This document shows positions 24,056 through 40,290 of a DNA stretch of 64,000 bases, piece by piece. The notes beneath the pieces were generated by a model. That model was not told the DNA's origin. It saw nothing but the letters and a program-made list of their open reading frames with translations, and did not search any database. Both the position numbers and the translations under genes were made by a program. Source of the stretch: the human T2T-CHM13v2.0 reference genome, Homo sapiens; NCBI RefSeq assembly GCF_009914755.1, contig NC_060926.1. One strand, written 5' to 3'. Numbering within the stretch: the stretch's first letter is position 1; each line of letters begins with the position of its first letter.

Positions 24056-25410
24056 TTAGGGACAGCTAAAGCTCGCTTCCCTCTGCTTGCTTCAGGGTTT
24101 GTGTGCTAAGCATTAATCATCCCCATCCAGGGCCTAACCCAAGAGTGTACCAGTCCCTTCAAACTGTCATCATTTTAAGCTCTCCTTGCTACTATTTCTG
24201 GCAGTCTCTGAGGAGAAGTCAAATGGTGAACAGTCTTGAAATCAAGCCTGCTCTGTGATTGTTTCCAGCACAGCAGCACGGCCCCCAGAGAACTCCTGAC
24301 ACTGGCAATAAAGAGCGGCTGACCTCAGAGTAGCTGTGACTCATGCTTCCAAATGGAAGGTGCTTTATGTGCTGCAAAGGCAGCTTTTATGAATATGATC
24401 TATTAGAAATCATTAACCATTCCGAAACATTCTTTACGTTAAAAGTCAGCAGAGTTTTCAAAGCCATTTCTTTAATTATTTTATCATGTTTGTTGGAGCC
24501 CGAATCGTAAAATTTGAACTTTTGCAGTGATCTGGCCATGTTTATATTTAGTTAACTATATTTCCGAAAGAAAGAAAGAATAGTGAAAATAGGAACATTT
24601 TGGCTTCTGGAAGTTGTAGGATAATTTTATAAAGGTAATTATTCACAATCCACCTTAGCAGAACATTTTCTGTTGTGATTTTTCAAATTAGTTTGATTTT
24701 CTTCCCTGGTTTGTTTTGTTTTTGTTTTTGTTTTTATTGTTTTTGTTTGATGCATCCAACATTTGATGGTGTCCCAGTGGATCATGCCATCCAGATATCT
24801 ATTTTTTTTTCCTTTAAAGGTAGTGGATTGTTGGCACTGAAAATAAACTATAATTTTTGCTATGGTTGCTGTTTTAATGTTGTATGTTAATGAAAACAGG
24901 CTTTGACTTACATTCTTGAAAAGGGAGAGAGATGAGATGATTTGATGAGGAAGAGGCTGAGATTTCTCTCACTGAGGCTTTGTGAGCTGTCGTCACAGTG
25001 TGAAGGTGACAGTCTCCATCTCAATTTTACAGGGGCCAACTCATCACTGCTCACTTAGAGCAGCTGCTGGTCTCAGTTCGAGCAGCGAGGGAGGCTGCCA
25101 ATACTCCTGAGTGATAGGAACCAGCAGGCTCAGCCACAGGACAGTCTCATGGAAACCTCTCTGCCTCCTGGACAATCCCGTTTCATGACCCTAATCAGGA
25201 AAGGTGAAGCCCCCAAGTCGTTCTTTCGTGGCTAGAGCGGCTCCTGAAGACCCCAGCTTCACACCATTGCATTAGTTTCCATCTTTTTCCCAAAATAAAC
25301 AATTGGGGAGCCGAGCTTCAGTTATTTACATTTAAGGCAGCATAAGAAATCAGGCTGAAATGTCAGCAACAAAAAGGAAAGAGGACCACAAAGTGGATTA
25401 ATATTTATTA

Positions 25411-25746
<336 letters not shown>

Positions 25747-26830
25747 CTACAATTTTATATAATCATAATATGTAGATATAGATATAGATATGGATAGATA
25801 AATAATCTTTATTTTTATGTCATCAGCATATCATTAAAGGTCATTCGTAATAGTAGGTAATTTGTCTTCATTCATACCTGAAAACAACAGGGCTAGTAGC
25901 TGGAGCTCAACTCGTTTCTGTCCACCAGTGCTGCAAATATGGCCCTGATGAAATCCAATATATCACATGTATAATAGTTAATCAAATATGCATATTACAT
26001 CACCAAAATTAGTACTTAATATTAAAATACGCAGGCAACTGTCTTGACTTTTGACTTTGGCAAGATAATTACTAATATCTTAGTCTAATTTCACAGATAT
26101 ATTTCTTTGGCCTCCATTAAATGCCAAATAGTAAATTCTAATTTAAAGTAGACATAAAGCTTTGATGTATAGAACATGAGTTTTATGGCATGAAATATAA
26201 AATTAGCACAACAAATTCTGATACCGAGGAGTTCTTAAATCTAAAGTGCTTTTCTTTTTAAAGGAAAGGAACCATGTGTATGGAGTGAAGGGAAAGGAAC
26301 CATCAGTATAGTCAGAGAACTGATAAGACAGATATTCACTGAATGCTCCCCACTACCAAAGTTAACCAAAGTTATTCTCTATTTTGTATTTATTCCAAGC
26401 CAGTTGAGACAATTTCTTTGCTCCGTTCCTGGAGAAGAACCATTAATTATAGCACTTTTTACTTGTTGAGATGGAAAAAAAATCTTTATCACTTGGGCCT
26501 AAGCAAAACCAGAATCAACAGCTTATGAAATAAGAGAAAATAGGGAGTATGTCCAAAAATACATACTGATAATTACATTGTTTCCATAACTTTGGTAAGA
26601 CAGCAAGATTTTCATGGAAAGAAACCACAAGATATCTCAAATCTTTACAGAGATCCAAGTTTATGTAACAGAGAAAAGAGAGAAGTAGGAAGGGAAAAGA
26701 GAAGGGAGACGTTTTTATGTATCCAAGAAGAGCCTTGAAATTTTAGCTGCTCAATTGATTGGAATATGTTAAGAGTGGGACACTGATTAATTTAACATTC
26801 TGCATGATCAGGAAATTAATCAAAACTTTA

Positions 26831-27190
<360 letters not shown>

Positions 27191-29370
27191 TCATTGGTGT
27201 ACTTTCCATGTTAAATAAAAGAGTACAGATTCTGAACGTCACCAGACATTTCTCCAAAGACTGAAGGTTATGTGGAGCCTAAGGTTTCTCACTCTTACCC
27301 TCGGAAGTCATCGTCCAAGACTAGATATTCATGGTAGAAAGTGTATGGGACTAAATGAAATAACTTTGTTGTTGGATCTAATCACACACACACAAATAAT
27401 ACGCGTTTCTCTTTAAAAAATCTGAAACAAAAGTTTCAATAATAAAATAAAACCTTCCAAACATTTTGTCACCTGAGTTAATCAATATAAATAACTGGGT
27501 GCATACCTGAATACAATTTTTAGCCTTCTTCTCAGTACATACTGGCTCGTGATCCCAATTTTTTAAGTCCAAATTATGTTTTCATGTTTTTCTTGTTCCT
27601 ACAATTGTTTGTTTTTATTTTTGGTTACTGTTGCTTTTAATTAGTTGCTGCATGATCTTGTGTTTTGGATTTTGGTTTTTGCCCCATTTACTTTGAGGAA
27701 ATAATCTGTTTTTATTTATACTAGTGAAAAGCCAACATTAAGCAAAGGAATATTTATTCATTTTATAAAAGCAAATTATATTAGGATATCTACACGTCTC
27801 CCACTTCATAGCCCAAGTTTGGCAGTTAAGTTTTTGAATCTTTTTCCTAGTCTACTACAGGTATTTTGCAGAACTATATTTTATGAGGGATTTGATTTCA
27901 AATATCATGGAAAAGATAAAAAGCATTTATAGTCAAAATTACCCTTGAAAATTCCTAAGGAGACACACTACTGAAGGCTTTATGATAAAGCCTTTTGATA
28001 AGATTAACAAGTTCAGCTTTTGGTATGAAATGTTGAAAAAAATAGCTGTTTATGTGGTTCAGTATCAGATAAAGTAAATGGCCTGCTATTAGGGACCCCA
28101 GTGTAACAAAGTGGAGATCTGTAAGCCCTTGAACCACAATGCAGACAGCTGCTCCCACTCCGGGAAGTGCATGGGACATGAGCCCCTCTAAGGGGACCAC
28201 AGAAGTGCCTTTCATCTCATTGGTTGCTAGGACATATGCCTTGAGTGGGATGGCAGGCTAAATTAATGGCACTATTTAAGTTCTGCTCCATCACTTTTTT
28301 AGGGGGCCCAAGCATATATAGCTGCATCCAATTAATGCACACTTAGGTGGCATCCACCTTACTGTGGTTTTCTTTCATAAAGGATAATATTGACATATTT
28401 AGAAAACATAATAATTGTTTATTTGAATTTAATTTCATTTATTTTTAACCTTATTGCCTGGTCTTATACCAAAGCCTTCCCATATATGGGTTATTTATTC
28501 CAATTATGTCCTCACATAACTTCCAGGGAAGAAAGGGAGCGAGAACATGAGCCACCTGAGACTGCATATTTGTAAATTTATTTTTATTGACTTCACATGC
28601 CATTAATAACTTAGGTGATCTTAAATTCTCACTTACTGCTGCAATATTACCTTTCTCCTTTATTTTCTTTGTATTTCAGAATTTGTCAGCAAATAATTTT
28701 TTATTTCAGATTTTTTTTTACGTTCTCAAAGATGTGCTGTTTTGATAAAATAGTTGTTTCCTGATGTAAATCTTCCAAAACATTCCGCGAACATATTCTG
28801 CTTGTTATGGTTATTTTCCTCTATTTCTGTTCCTAGTTGTTTATTTATCTTTGAAAGGAGGCAATTCATTTTCGACCACCAACTGGCCCCAAAGTAATGT
28901 AGGTCAAATGGTGTCCGGGCCCTCCTGTCCGCACCTGCCTGGATGTCATGTGTACCCTCCCCTTGCCATTGCCTGGAGCTCTGAGTGACCATGTCTAAGT
29001 TGCCTGCTCATGAACGCAGGTGCTTTAGGGAGGCGGAATGGGTGCCAGGTTCTGAGAGAAGATTTGGGGGTCTCCTCCCTCCTATTCAGAGTTCTCGCCT
29101 CGCCCCCTGCACTGGAGAGGCACAGCCCAGTCTGCTATGGGCGTTCCCCATAGATTTGCCTATTCCCTCAATTTAGGCTCACAGGCTGTGGGATGAGTAG
29201 AAGTCCTGGGTTTTAAGGGCTCTTTGATGCTACAGTGTGAGTTTCCTGTTGCTTCAGTTACTACTGGTTTTTAGTTTTGAAGAAAAAGGTTTTTGAAAAA
29301 TGCCCCATTTTTCCTACCATAGGCCGTTCAGCCTTCAACATTCCCTCTCCTTGGGTTGGATGTATTTTTC

Positions 29371-29683
<313 letters not shown>

Positions 29684-30023
29684 GGATACATTTCTCAGAT
29701 ATCAGAATGGATCCACTCTGCTGTCAGCAAACAGAGCTCTGCCTTGTGGCCTCACAGTTCCCTCCGGTCTGCTACTGCTGCTGTACCAGGTGCCGTCGCC
29801 CACAGGAGAGACAGGAGCTCCACGCAGGATCCCCAGGCCCAACCCTGGGCCCCTGCATTGGCAGGCTTTGTCCCTGAAAGAGACTTTTTCAGAATTTCAT
29901 TCATCTATTTTTTATTTTATAACATTAGTCTCTTGAGGAATGGACTTGTGTCTGTATTTCTTCATCTGACTGCTTTTGGTGAACACTCCTCAGTGTCTGT
30001 GCTATGACATCAGCCTTCCCTAG

Positions 30024-30456
<433 letters not shown>

Positions 30457-33400
30457 TATCATTTCTTCTTAATAGTCTGTTCAATTATCTGAATTTCTAG
30501 AGGGTTTATTTGTCCTGAATCCACAGGGCCTGTGTGGCACGTGCCCTGAAAACTCTGGGGTGGAAGCCCTCACCTGATGCTCTGCCTGCCCTATGCCCTG
30601 TGGGAGTCCCCCACCCAGAATACCCACCTTCACGTCTCTCCAGCTTGGAGTCTGCGATTAACATTTCTGTCCCCAGACTCTGGACACGTCAGGTTCTCCT
30701 GAGAATTTCGTGCTCAAGTCTGGAGGGTCTGTGAGTTTCTGTAGCTCAGCAGCCATCGAGGCAGGGAGTGGGTTGGGTGCGAGAACACTGAGAGATCAGT
30801 TTCACCTTCTGGCCGACAATCCCAACCTTAACAGACGGATGTTGTGACATGGCTTCAGTTTGCCCGAGAAGAAGGGACCAGATCCAACATAACGCTGTAT
30901 ACTCATACGTCTCAAAAATTTTATTTCTGATGAATTTTTAAAATTCTCTTAAGTAGACTAAAGGTGGGGGTAATCCGGCTGACTGCTCTGAACACCTGTT
31001 GGCAAGCTCTGTAGGGATGTGGGGAGCTTTATTACCCGTCCACCTCAACATGAAGTCCTCAATAGAAATTCCGGGACACCAAGAAAAGTTCCAGTGAATG
31101 TCTGAGCACTGGGGACACACTGGCTCTCCCTGATGTTGGTGCTGAATTTTACCTGAGTTTCCCTCATGCTGTGTCACCGTTTCTCCAAGTATCAAGTTCT
31201 CTCTGCCCAGAAGGACACACTTGCAACCAAAGCAATGTCACAGTATATACTCGTCATCTGATCATGGTGCAGTTAAAAGAAGATGGACTATAAGCCTAAA
31301 GGATTGTATAAAAAGTACAGGAAAAGATGCATTGCCTGACAGGGCTAGCGTGTCAAAGCTGCTCAGCTGAGCCCAGACCCGTGTCCACTGGTTCACATTG
31401 ACAGCTTCCATTGCTGAAGGAGTGAGGGACAGCCAGCCACTTCCTCACTCTCCCATCCCCACTTTCGCTGCAGGGCATGTGGAGGAGGATGGAGATAAGT
31501 AAAGAAGACTCTGGAAACTCCTTTAGGTCAGAAGGGCTGCAAGAGAGACCCTCGGATGGCCAGAGAGGGAAGCCAACCCAATATTAGTAACAAAACGTGT
31601 TGCTCACAAGGCACTGTCTAGCATGAATTCACTGAAGGATTCCTAAGTATTTTAATCTCATTTTGAATATTCTGTTGCCCACTTAAGATTTCTTGTCCTC
31701 TGTGTCTTGTAAATTCGTTTTTCCACTTATATTCAAATAATCAGAGGGCTCTCCACTCACTCTACATTAGAACGCTTTCCAAAACTAGCAGCAACCCGGT
31801 GCTATTAAGCTCATTATACTTCACTCGGGTGCTTCTGAAATAAAACTACCTACTAAAACCCACTGTGTGTTCCAAAATATCCCAAGATTAGAATCCCTTA
31901 TGGATCTAAGCTTGGAACAAAATTATCATTCATGTAATTCAAGAGCCAATTTGGAATCAGAACAGAGCTACCAAAAGATGCTGGAAACTCCGGTATTTCA
32001 AGGCTTTTGATCAGAGAAAGCAATCAATTAAGAGGTTTGGAAACTTTCCAGCCCCTGGCCTGAGAGACCATGCTGGGTGAGAAAGGGCCAAGCCCGGCCT
32101 GGCCCACAGTTCTAAGGTGTGGGACCCTCATAAATTAGCAGGGCTGCACTTCCTGCCGCGATGTCTTCTGGCAGTGAGGTCCTCCCGCTAATGTCTTTTC
32201 AACATGGGCCAGATGGAAACCACCTTCTGGGGGGAAACACATCTTCTCAGTTCCTTATCAGCTAGAAATCTGGGTTATCAAGAAGTGTCTTACACATACT
32301 TACCTTCTGAAGAGCGTTCTTCTTGCCGCGGAGCCTGCCAGACGTGGATTTGCATCTGCATGCGTGTGATATCACACTGAAAAATTGACACTTCTTCAGG
32401 GGTTCACTTTAATCACATGCACCCTTGGCTTCTTTCCAGGACATGGTTTAATAACTCATGCCAAACACTGACAGGAAGAAAAGACAATGATAGCTCTTTT
32501 CTTTACATCTGAACTTGGGAACTGCCATTTTTAATAGACAAAATTTTGTTTGCAGGTCAGTGACCTGTGCCCATTTTGCAAAACCGTTTATGGTGTCAGA
32601 GCATCATAAGAGGCTGTACAACTTCCATGTCTGTTTTGGAGGATGGGCTTCTGGCATTAGGGTAATGGTGCTTCCATTGTAAACATTAGAGACACAAGGC
32701 TGTTCAGGGTTTCCTACCACCCCAGAAACATGATATTCACAGGCCATCATTAGGGAGACTGTCCTTCAGTGAATGCACACTAGACAGTACCTTGTGAGCA
32801 GCACGTCTTGTTACTAACTTTGAGTGGGCTTCCCTCTCTGGCCATCCGAGGGTCTCTCTTGCAGCCCTTCTGACCTAAAAGGAGTTCCCAGAGTTTTCTT
32901 TACTTATCTCCATCCTCCTCCACATGCCCGGCAGCCAAATTGGGGATGGGAGAGAGAGGAAGTGGCTCGTTATCCCTCACTCCTTCAGCAATGGAAACTG
33001 TCAATGTGAACCAGTGGACACGAGGCTTGGCTCCGCTGAGCAGCTTTGACACGCTAGCCCTGTCGGGCAGTGCATCTATTCCTATACTTTTTACACAATC
33101 CCTTAGGCTTATAGTCCATCTTTAAACTGCACCAGGATCAGATGAGGATTGTTTCTGATGGTCATTTCTCCTCAGTTTTCCATTATAATTATGAGGGATC
33201 ATAGCTGGATGTTTCACAATTAATTCTGAGATGTGCTGTTAGAGAAAGGATTATCCAAATCATATTGGGAAAAAAAATAGAATGGTGATTTGTGAGACAA
33301 CACAGTGTTTGACCACAACCTGGCTGGCTTAAGAATGGATGTGCCACGCACTCCCTCATGAGCACATAAAGAGGGTCTTAAACATTTAGTTACACATTCA

Positions 33401-34089
33401 GAAAATCCCACCTGCTTAGTCAGCTTTATAAAGGAGACTTTAGTGTCCCGTCCCAGAATCGCAGGCTCAGGACCAGCTTTGCTCAAAAAGCTACTCTGGA
33501 GTTTGAGTTGAACATTTTCTAATATCTGATACCAGCTGTCTGGCTCGGCTTCATCAGCTTGAACTCTCTATCCAACTGCTACCAGATGGCAGGCAATACT
33601 CTGGCCGGCTGGGATCGCAGCAATTCACCCATGAGTCTGCGATATCAGATGATGCTGTGGCTTCCCAGAAACCACCGCTAGGCCCTCCTTCCTCCAGCCT
33701 GCTCACCGGCCTTAGCCTAAGTCCCAAATGGAGTATTCATTTCTCATTCTCTTTACCTGAAGCAAGACATGGACAAAAAAATTTTCCTCTTATGGAAACC
33801 AGTTTTCAGAAGCATTATACTGAAAAGCAGTAGTTGTCTTGTGTCTAGATCACTGAGCACAGTGGAGCATGTCATGTCCACACCAGGAAGTGCCACTGGG
33901 TTCCCGTTGCTGCGTGCAGGTGGTAGATGCACAGCCTGCGGTTAGAGTCCTGTGTATGTGTTCATTTAGGAGGAGGTAACAGCAAGTAGCATATACTGTG
34001 TGGATATTAGGAATTAGTCCTAATATCTATGTAATTAAACATTTTTAGGTGGTTTCTGATTAAGTGGGGATCTTAATAATTTTAAAGTT

Positions 34090-34272
34090 GCAGTGTACAA
34101 TATATAGCTATTAGCCACATGGGATTATTAAAATTAAAACTTAAACCAAAGTGACAGTTTACGTCCTCAGTGGCATCAGCTGCATTTGAAGTGGTCAAGA
34201 ACCACATGTTCAATAGCTGCATTGTCTGTACAGGTATAGGACATTTTCTCATTCCAGAAAGTTCTTTTGGGA
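34090..34272. mobile_element. MER3/MER33-type hAT DNA transposon remnant
   Basis: tagctattagccacatgggattattaaa...catttgaagtggtcaagaaccacatg...cattccagaaagttct. Confidence 0.65.
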
Positions 34273-34559
34273 AGTAATTACCTAGGCAATAGCAGTAACT
34301 TCAAATTGTCCAATGTGACTAATGAAAAAAAAAGGCCAATAAATATACGGAATAAATTTCAGCAATAACATTTATGATGTTAAAGCTGTATGCAAAAGAG
34401 GAGCCCATTTAATTTCAAAATACAGAATGCAGACATCCTGGGAAAATGCAGTTAGAGTAGAGAAGGATTTCCTCAACTATGAGATGCATGGGCCAGCAAT
34501 TCAGTAAGACTGAAGAAAAAGGCAATGTCCTCTTGGGAAGGATTAAAAGAATGTAACGT

Positions 34560-34895
<336 letters not shown>

Positions 34896-34979
34896 TCACT
34901 GTGTCAGTTACTGTTGATTTAGGGGGGTGTGACATGATCTCTGACCACAAGCCAGGCTTTAGCTGCTTTAGCTTTTTAA

Positions 34980-35105
34980 GTATCATCTCATTTCATCCTC
35001 AGAACAACTTTATGAATAAGGTAAGTACTAATGCTCCCATTTTATGGATGAGGAAACCAAGGATCAGTTGGCCCTGGGTCATATGGCCAGAAGTGGAACT
35101 TAAAG
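34980..35105 (-). mobile_element. MIR remnant
   Basis: ctcatttcatcctcagaacaac...cccattttatggatgaggaaaccaagg. Confidence 0.75.
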
Positions 35106-35513
35106 GGTGATGTTTCCCCTGTCCTAACACAGAGACAATGTAAGCTCCTGCAGATACCAACCTGGTCTGCTCAACTTTGGGTTCCCAGCACCTAGGAAGT
35201 AGTTAGTGCCTAATAACATTATTCAACGAATGCATAAACAAAACAAAATCCTACGTGTTTAAACCACACGATAAAGCCGGACATAAACTTCAATATGATT
35301 GCCACAAGTCGTGAGTGTCATATCCACAAATAAATAAGACATTATTTATTAATATCTTGTTAGACAACAAAAATTAGCAACTCAGGGATAGCAATGCCCT
35401 ACTGTTCTTATGTTCACCATCCTAATCCATAGTTGAATAAAGATTACTTATTTTGCTTTTTGTTGCTGTTGTTTGTGCTGTTTTTGTTTTGTTTTATGGT
35501 TTGTTTGTTTGGA

Positions 35514-36137
<624 letters not shown>

Positions 36138-36515
36138 TTTTGGTGTTTACTTTGAAGCAACTCCCCTGACCAGTCCAGCTCCATCTTAGGTCTGTTGGCC
36201 TTCCTAGGTCACATATGACGAAGATGATACCAATGAGAAGTTCATGCTTTTCGGAATTTTGCTCACTGCAGCTGCCTAACCTGAACCATTTCCTGCATTT
36301 CCTAACATGAGGGTAACTCACCTTGGTGCTTCTCTCCACTTCACAAAACTCTGTTCTTCTCCTGAAAATGATGAGGTCTCAAATCCTGCAAAATGTCCTT
36401 ATTCCCACTCTGTGTATGACCAGTGAAAGGTCTTCTGTGGCCCTCGCTGAGGATGGAAGGATTCAGAAGGATGTGGTGCCTGTCCTACATCAGGACACTG
36501 TGGAAAGACCACTGG

Positions 36516-36747
36516 CAGGGATGTCCAAACCTTTTGGCTTCCCTGGGCCACATTGTAAGAAGAATTGCCTTGGGCCACACATAAAATACTGATGATTTTA
36601 AAATAGATGATCATAACATAGCTGATGAGAAAAATAAATCACAAAAAACTCACACTGTTTTAAGAAAGTTTATAAATTTGTGTTGAGCCTCATTGAAAGC
36701 CATCCTGGGCTGCAAGCAGCCCGTGTGCTGTGGGTTGGACAAGCCTG
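36516..36747 (+). mobile_element. MER30 hAT DNA transposon
   Basis: cagggatgtccaaaccttttggcttccctgggccacattg...gggttggacaagcctg with imperfect terminal inverted repeats (TIRs). Confidence 0.85.
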
Positions 36748-36939
36748 GTAGAGCCTGACAAGCTCTGGAACCATAAGCCACTCTTTAAAACTGGAACTTT
36801 ATGTTCTCCTCTGTAAAACAACCACACTATCTTCCTGAAAGTACTGACATGAAAAGCTAACAAGGTAAGCCAGGAGAAAGTGAGACACTAGAAAACAATT
36901 TTACCTTAAGAATTAGGTCTATTTATTGATTTACTATAA

Positions 36940-37234
36940 TTTATTCATTTATTTGAGACAGAGTCTCCCTCTGTCATCCAGGCCGGAGTGCAATGGCTTG
37001 ATCTCTGCTCACTGCAACCTCTGCCTCCCTGTTCAAGTGCTTCTCCTGCTTCAGCCTCCCGAGTAGCTGGGATTACAGGCATGTGCCACCACACCCGGCT
37101 AATTTTGAGTTTTTAGTAGAGATGGGGTTTCAGCATGTTGGTCAGGCTGGTCTTGAACTCCTGACCTCAGGTGATCCACCCGCCTCGGCCTCTCAAAGTG
37201 CTGGTATTACAGGCGTGAGTCACGGCGCCCGGCC
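36940..37234 (-). mobile_element. Alu SINE (AluSx-like)
   Basis: Full Alu body with (ATTT)n tail. Confidence 0.95.
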
Positions 37235-38467
37235 GGTTTACTATTATTTATTATTAATTACTTACTGGCATGCTTTCATTCCTTCCCCAATACAATGTTA
37301 ATTTCCAAAATACCAATGGCTAATTTATAGTTGGTTTTCACAACATCTTAACACAGTAGCTAAAACCCTGTTGGTATGAAACCGACAATATTGTATACAT
37401 ATTTGAATGTTGTGATAACAGCCAGCATTTATTTCACTTGTTACTGCTTGCTGTTGCACCAGTGATGCCAATCACAACCTATCATCCCACACTCCCCTGG
37501 AGAACAGCTGCTTTGTCCATAATCTCTGCTGCCCCTAAAAGTCACTTTTAAAATATCAGATTTCTCCATCTAATCCCAATCACAACGGACTAGACTGGAG
37601 TGGGCTGGCAGGACCCAAGATCTGATGGTGTCTCGTGGTCTAACATGGAAAGAAAAATAGGCAGAGCAGCTCTTTGGAACTTGATGTAAAAAAAAAAAAA
37701 AAAAAGAACAAAGTGATTAGTTACTGGTTGGGTATTGCAGCTAGAAGGTCACATCGAATCAGGGCCGGAGAGAAAATGACTCCAATATGTTTGCCTCAAT
37801 TATAAGGAAGAAGAAACAAGGAGCAAATAAGGAAGGATCTTTGGTAAAAAGAATATAACAGAGCTGATCTGCAGAAAGGACCAAGATGCTGTAAAAGGGA
37901 CTCCATGCTGTTCCCTTAATTCAGGTTTCAATTCTAAATCCCAAGAAGCTTCCCGCCTTCTCTACCCTGAGCACAGGCCTGGTCCCACTTAGCTTTTCTA
38001 GGGTAATGACCCTCTTCCAAGCAGGAGAAATTCCAGAAAAGAGAGAGAGAAAGGAGACAGGGTTCAGAAGAAAAAGGAGCAATCTACAATGGACATATTT
38101 TGTGCAAAAGAGAATCAAGGCATCCTTATTTTTCACACCACAAATTCCATCCTTAGCTCTGTGAACACACCAAGTTCCCTCTGAACTGAAATGAACATTA
38201 GCTCCCATTTTAGAGTGAAAGGTGGGGAAAGTGAGATCTTAAACTCCTTGCCCACATTTGGCACATTTGAGGAACCACTAACATTTATCACGTACGAAGA
38301 ATTTTCATACATATTATCATATTTGATCCTCACAAAGACATCAAGAAATAGGTATAATCATCACCATCTAATAGAAAACTAAATTACATCTCAAAGAGAT
38401 AAATGGACTTGCTGGATTTTACATTCCTGGGTAAAATGGGGATTGAAATGTAGATCTTCATGACGAA

Positions 38468-38662
38468 GGGAACAACAGACATGAGGGCATACTTGAGGGG
38501 GAAGGTGGGGAGGAGGGAGAGGATGGAAAAACGACCTACCAGGTGCCATGCTTATTACCTGGATGACAAAATAATCTGTACACCAAACCTCCATGACATG
38601 CAATTTACCTATAGAACAAACTTGCACATGTACTCCTGAAACTAAAATAAAAGTTTTTAAAA
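38468..38662 (+). mobile_element. L1 3' end (old L1PA/L1PB) inserted in a MIR remnant
   Basis: gggaacaacagac...aaataatctgtacaccaaacctccatgacatgcaatttacctat...aaaataaaagtt. Confidence 0.88.
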
Positions 38663-39597
38663 AATCAGTTAAAGTTTTCTTATTCTAAATCAGGTGCTCT
38701 TTCTACCAAATCATGCTGATAAGAGGTTTGACAAACATCTTAATTGAGCCACTCTTAAAATACAAGCCATTCATATTTTTCAGAAAACCTCACAGGCCCA
38801 GACGTCAGGGGCTGGGGCATTAGAAATGTGGAAGGGAAGGTGCCCCAGGGGGCCGGACCTTACAACAGCTGGCTTCCACCTGGCCTTCTTGTCTGATGCC
38901 TGTTGGCTATGGGGCACTCTTAACTACAATGCTCATGCTCTGGGTAGCTGGATGTTCGTTGAAGGTAGAACCTGGAGAAATCTAATCATCTGATAATAAT
39001 CACAGATCCTATCTCCAACATTCTGTTTGTTGTTCTAGCCTTGTACATTATCATCAATTATTCTGAATGAACCATACATTCAATTTAAAGGAAATTTTTA
39101 GAGTCCTTGTTTTGTGACCAGAAAAATTCTGAGGATTTCATAAGAGAACTCTTTTCATATAGTCTCTCCCTCCAAAGAGCTATCAGCTTATGTAGAAAGG
39201 CAGGGCTTTGCACATCCGCTAGAGAGAGAAAAAGAAGAAGAAGACGTCCTTCAGTTCACGTGTTCTCAACACTACATTGTTGCTAGGAGTGGAGAGAAAA
39301 ATTTCTGGGCAATTTTAAAAAATATGGTCCTTCCCCAGATTTTTGAAAAATATGGTCATTCCCTTTGGGAGCTCAAAGTTTCATGTGATCGTTGTCTATT
39401 TCTAATAAAAGTGCTAAAAATTCCTGGATTGTTTCAATTTTGAACAAGCATACGGCCAAGGTGCTCAAAGTCAGGTAATCCTCAAACCAAGAATCCAACT
39501 GGCTGTCCACAAACAGCACCCTCATCATTCTCATGAAGGAGGTGCCCCACTGTGGGCTGCTGACTTGCCCACCTTCTTTTCTTACTGGCTGCTGCTG

Positions 39598-39915
39598 TTT
39601 TTTTTTTTTCTTTTTTTTTTTTTAAGGCGGAGTCTCATTCTGTCATCCAGGCTGGAGAGGAGTGTCCAGCGGTGCCATCTCGGCTGACTGCAACCTCTGC
39701 CTCCTAGGTTCAAGCAATTCTCCTGTCTCAGCCTCCCATGTAGCTGGGACTACAGGTGCACGCCACCACACCCAGCTAATATTTTTTGCATTTTTAGTAG
39801 AGACAGGGTTTCACCATATTGGTAAGGTTGGTCTCGAATCCCTGACCTCAGATGATCCACCCCCCTCAGCCTACCAAAATGCTGGGATTATAGGTGTGAG
39901 CCACTGCGCCCGGCC
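39598..39915 (-). mobile_element. Alu SINE (AluS)
   Basis: Poly-T tail and full Alu body. Confidence 0.95.
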
Positions 39916-39959
39916 CTGGCTTGTTCTTGAACCTGCTCTGCTGTGGCTCTTTGAAACCA

Positions 39960-40290
39960 TGAAATTCTGGTTTTATACTGCTGCTTGGCTACACCTTCTT
40001 AGTCTCCCCTGCCAAAACATTATATTGTGGATATTCTGGGGTTCCTCCTTCATTCCTCTTCTTTCTCCACAACACTCTTCCTGGTGGTCGTCATTCACTT
40101 TGATGACTTCAGTTCCTACCCATGAGTCACCCACCCAACCTCTTCTAAGTCTTTGCCTCTTACATCCAACTCTGTAGTTAAGCCTGTTCACCTGATGTCT
40201 CAAAGGCACTTCAAATTCCATGTGCTCCAAACAGAATGCCATCTTCCCTCTCACCAACCCTGTTCCTCGTCCTGTGCTCCTAACTCCAGG
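39960..40290 (+). mobile_element. L2 remnant
   Basis: cacctgatgtctcaaaggcacttcaaattccatgtgctccaaacagaa. Confidence 0.6.
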
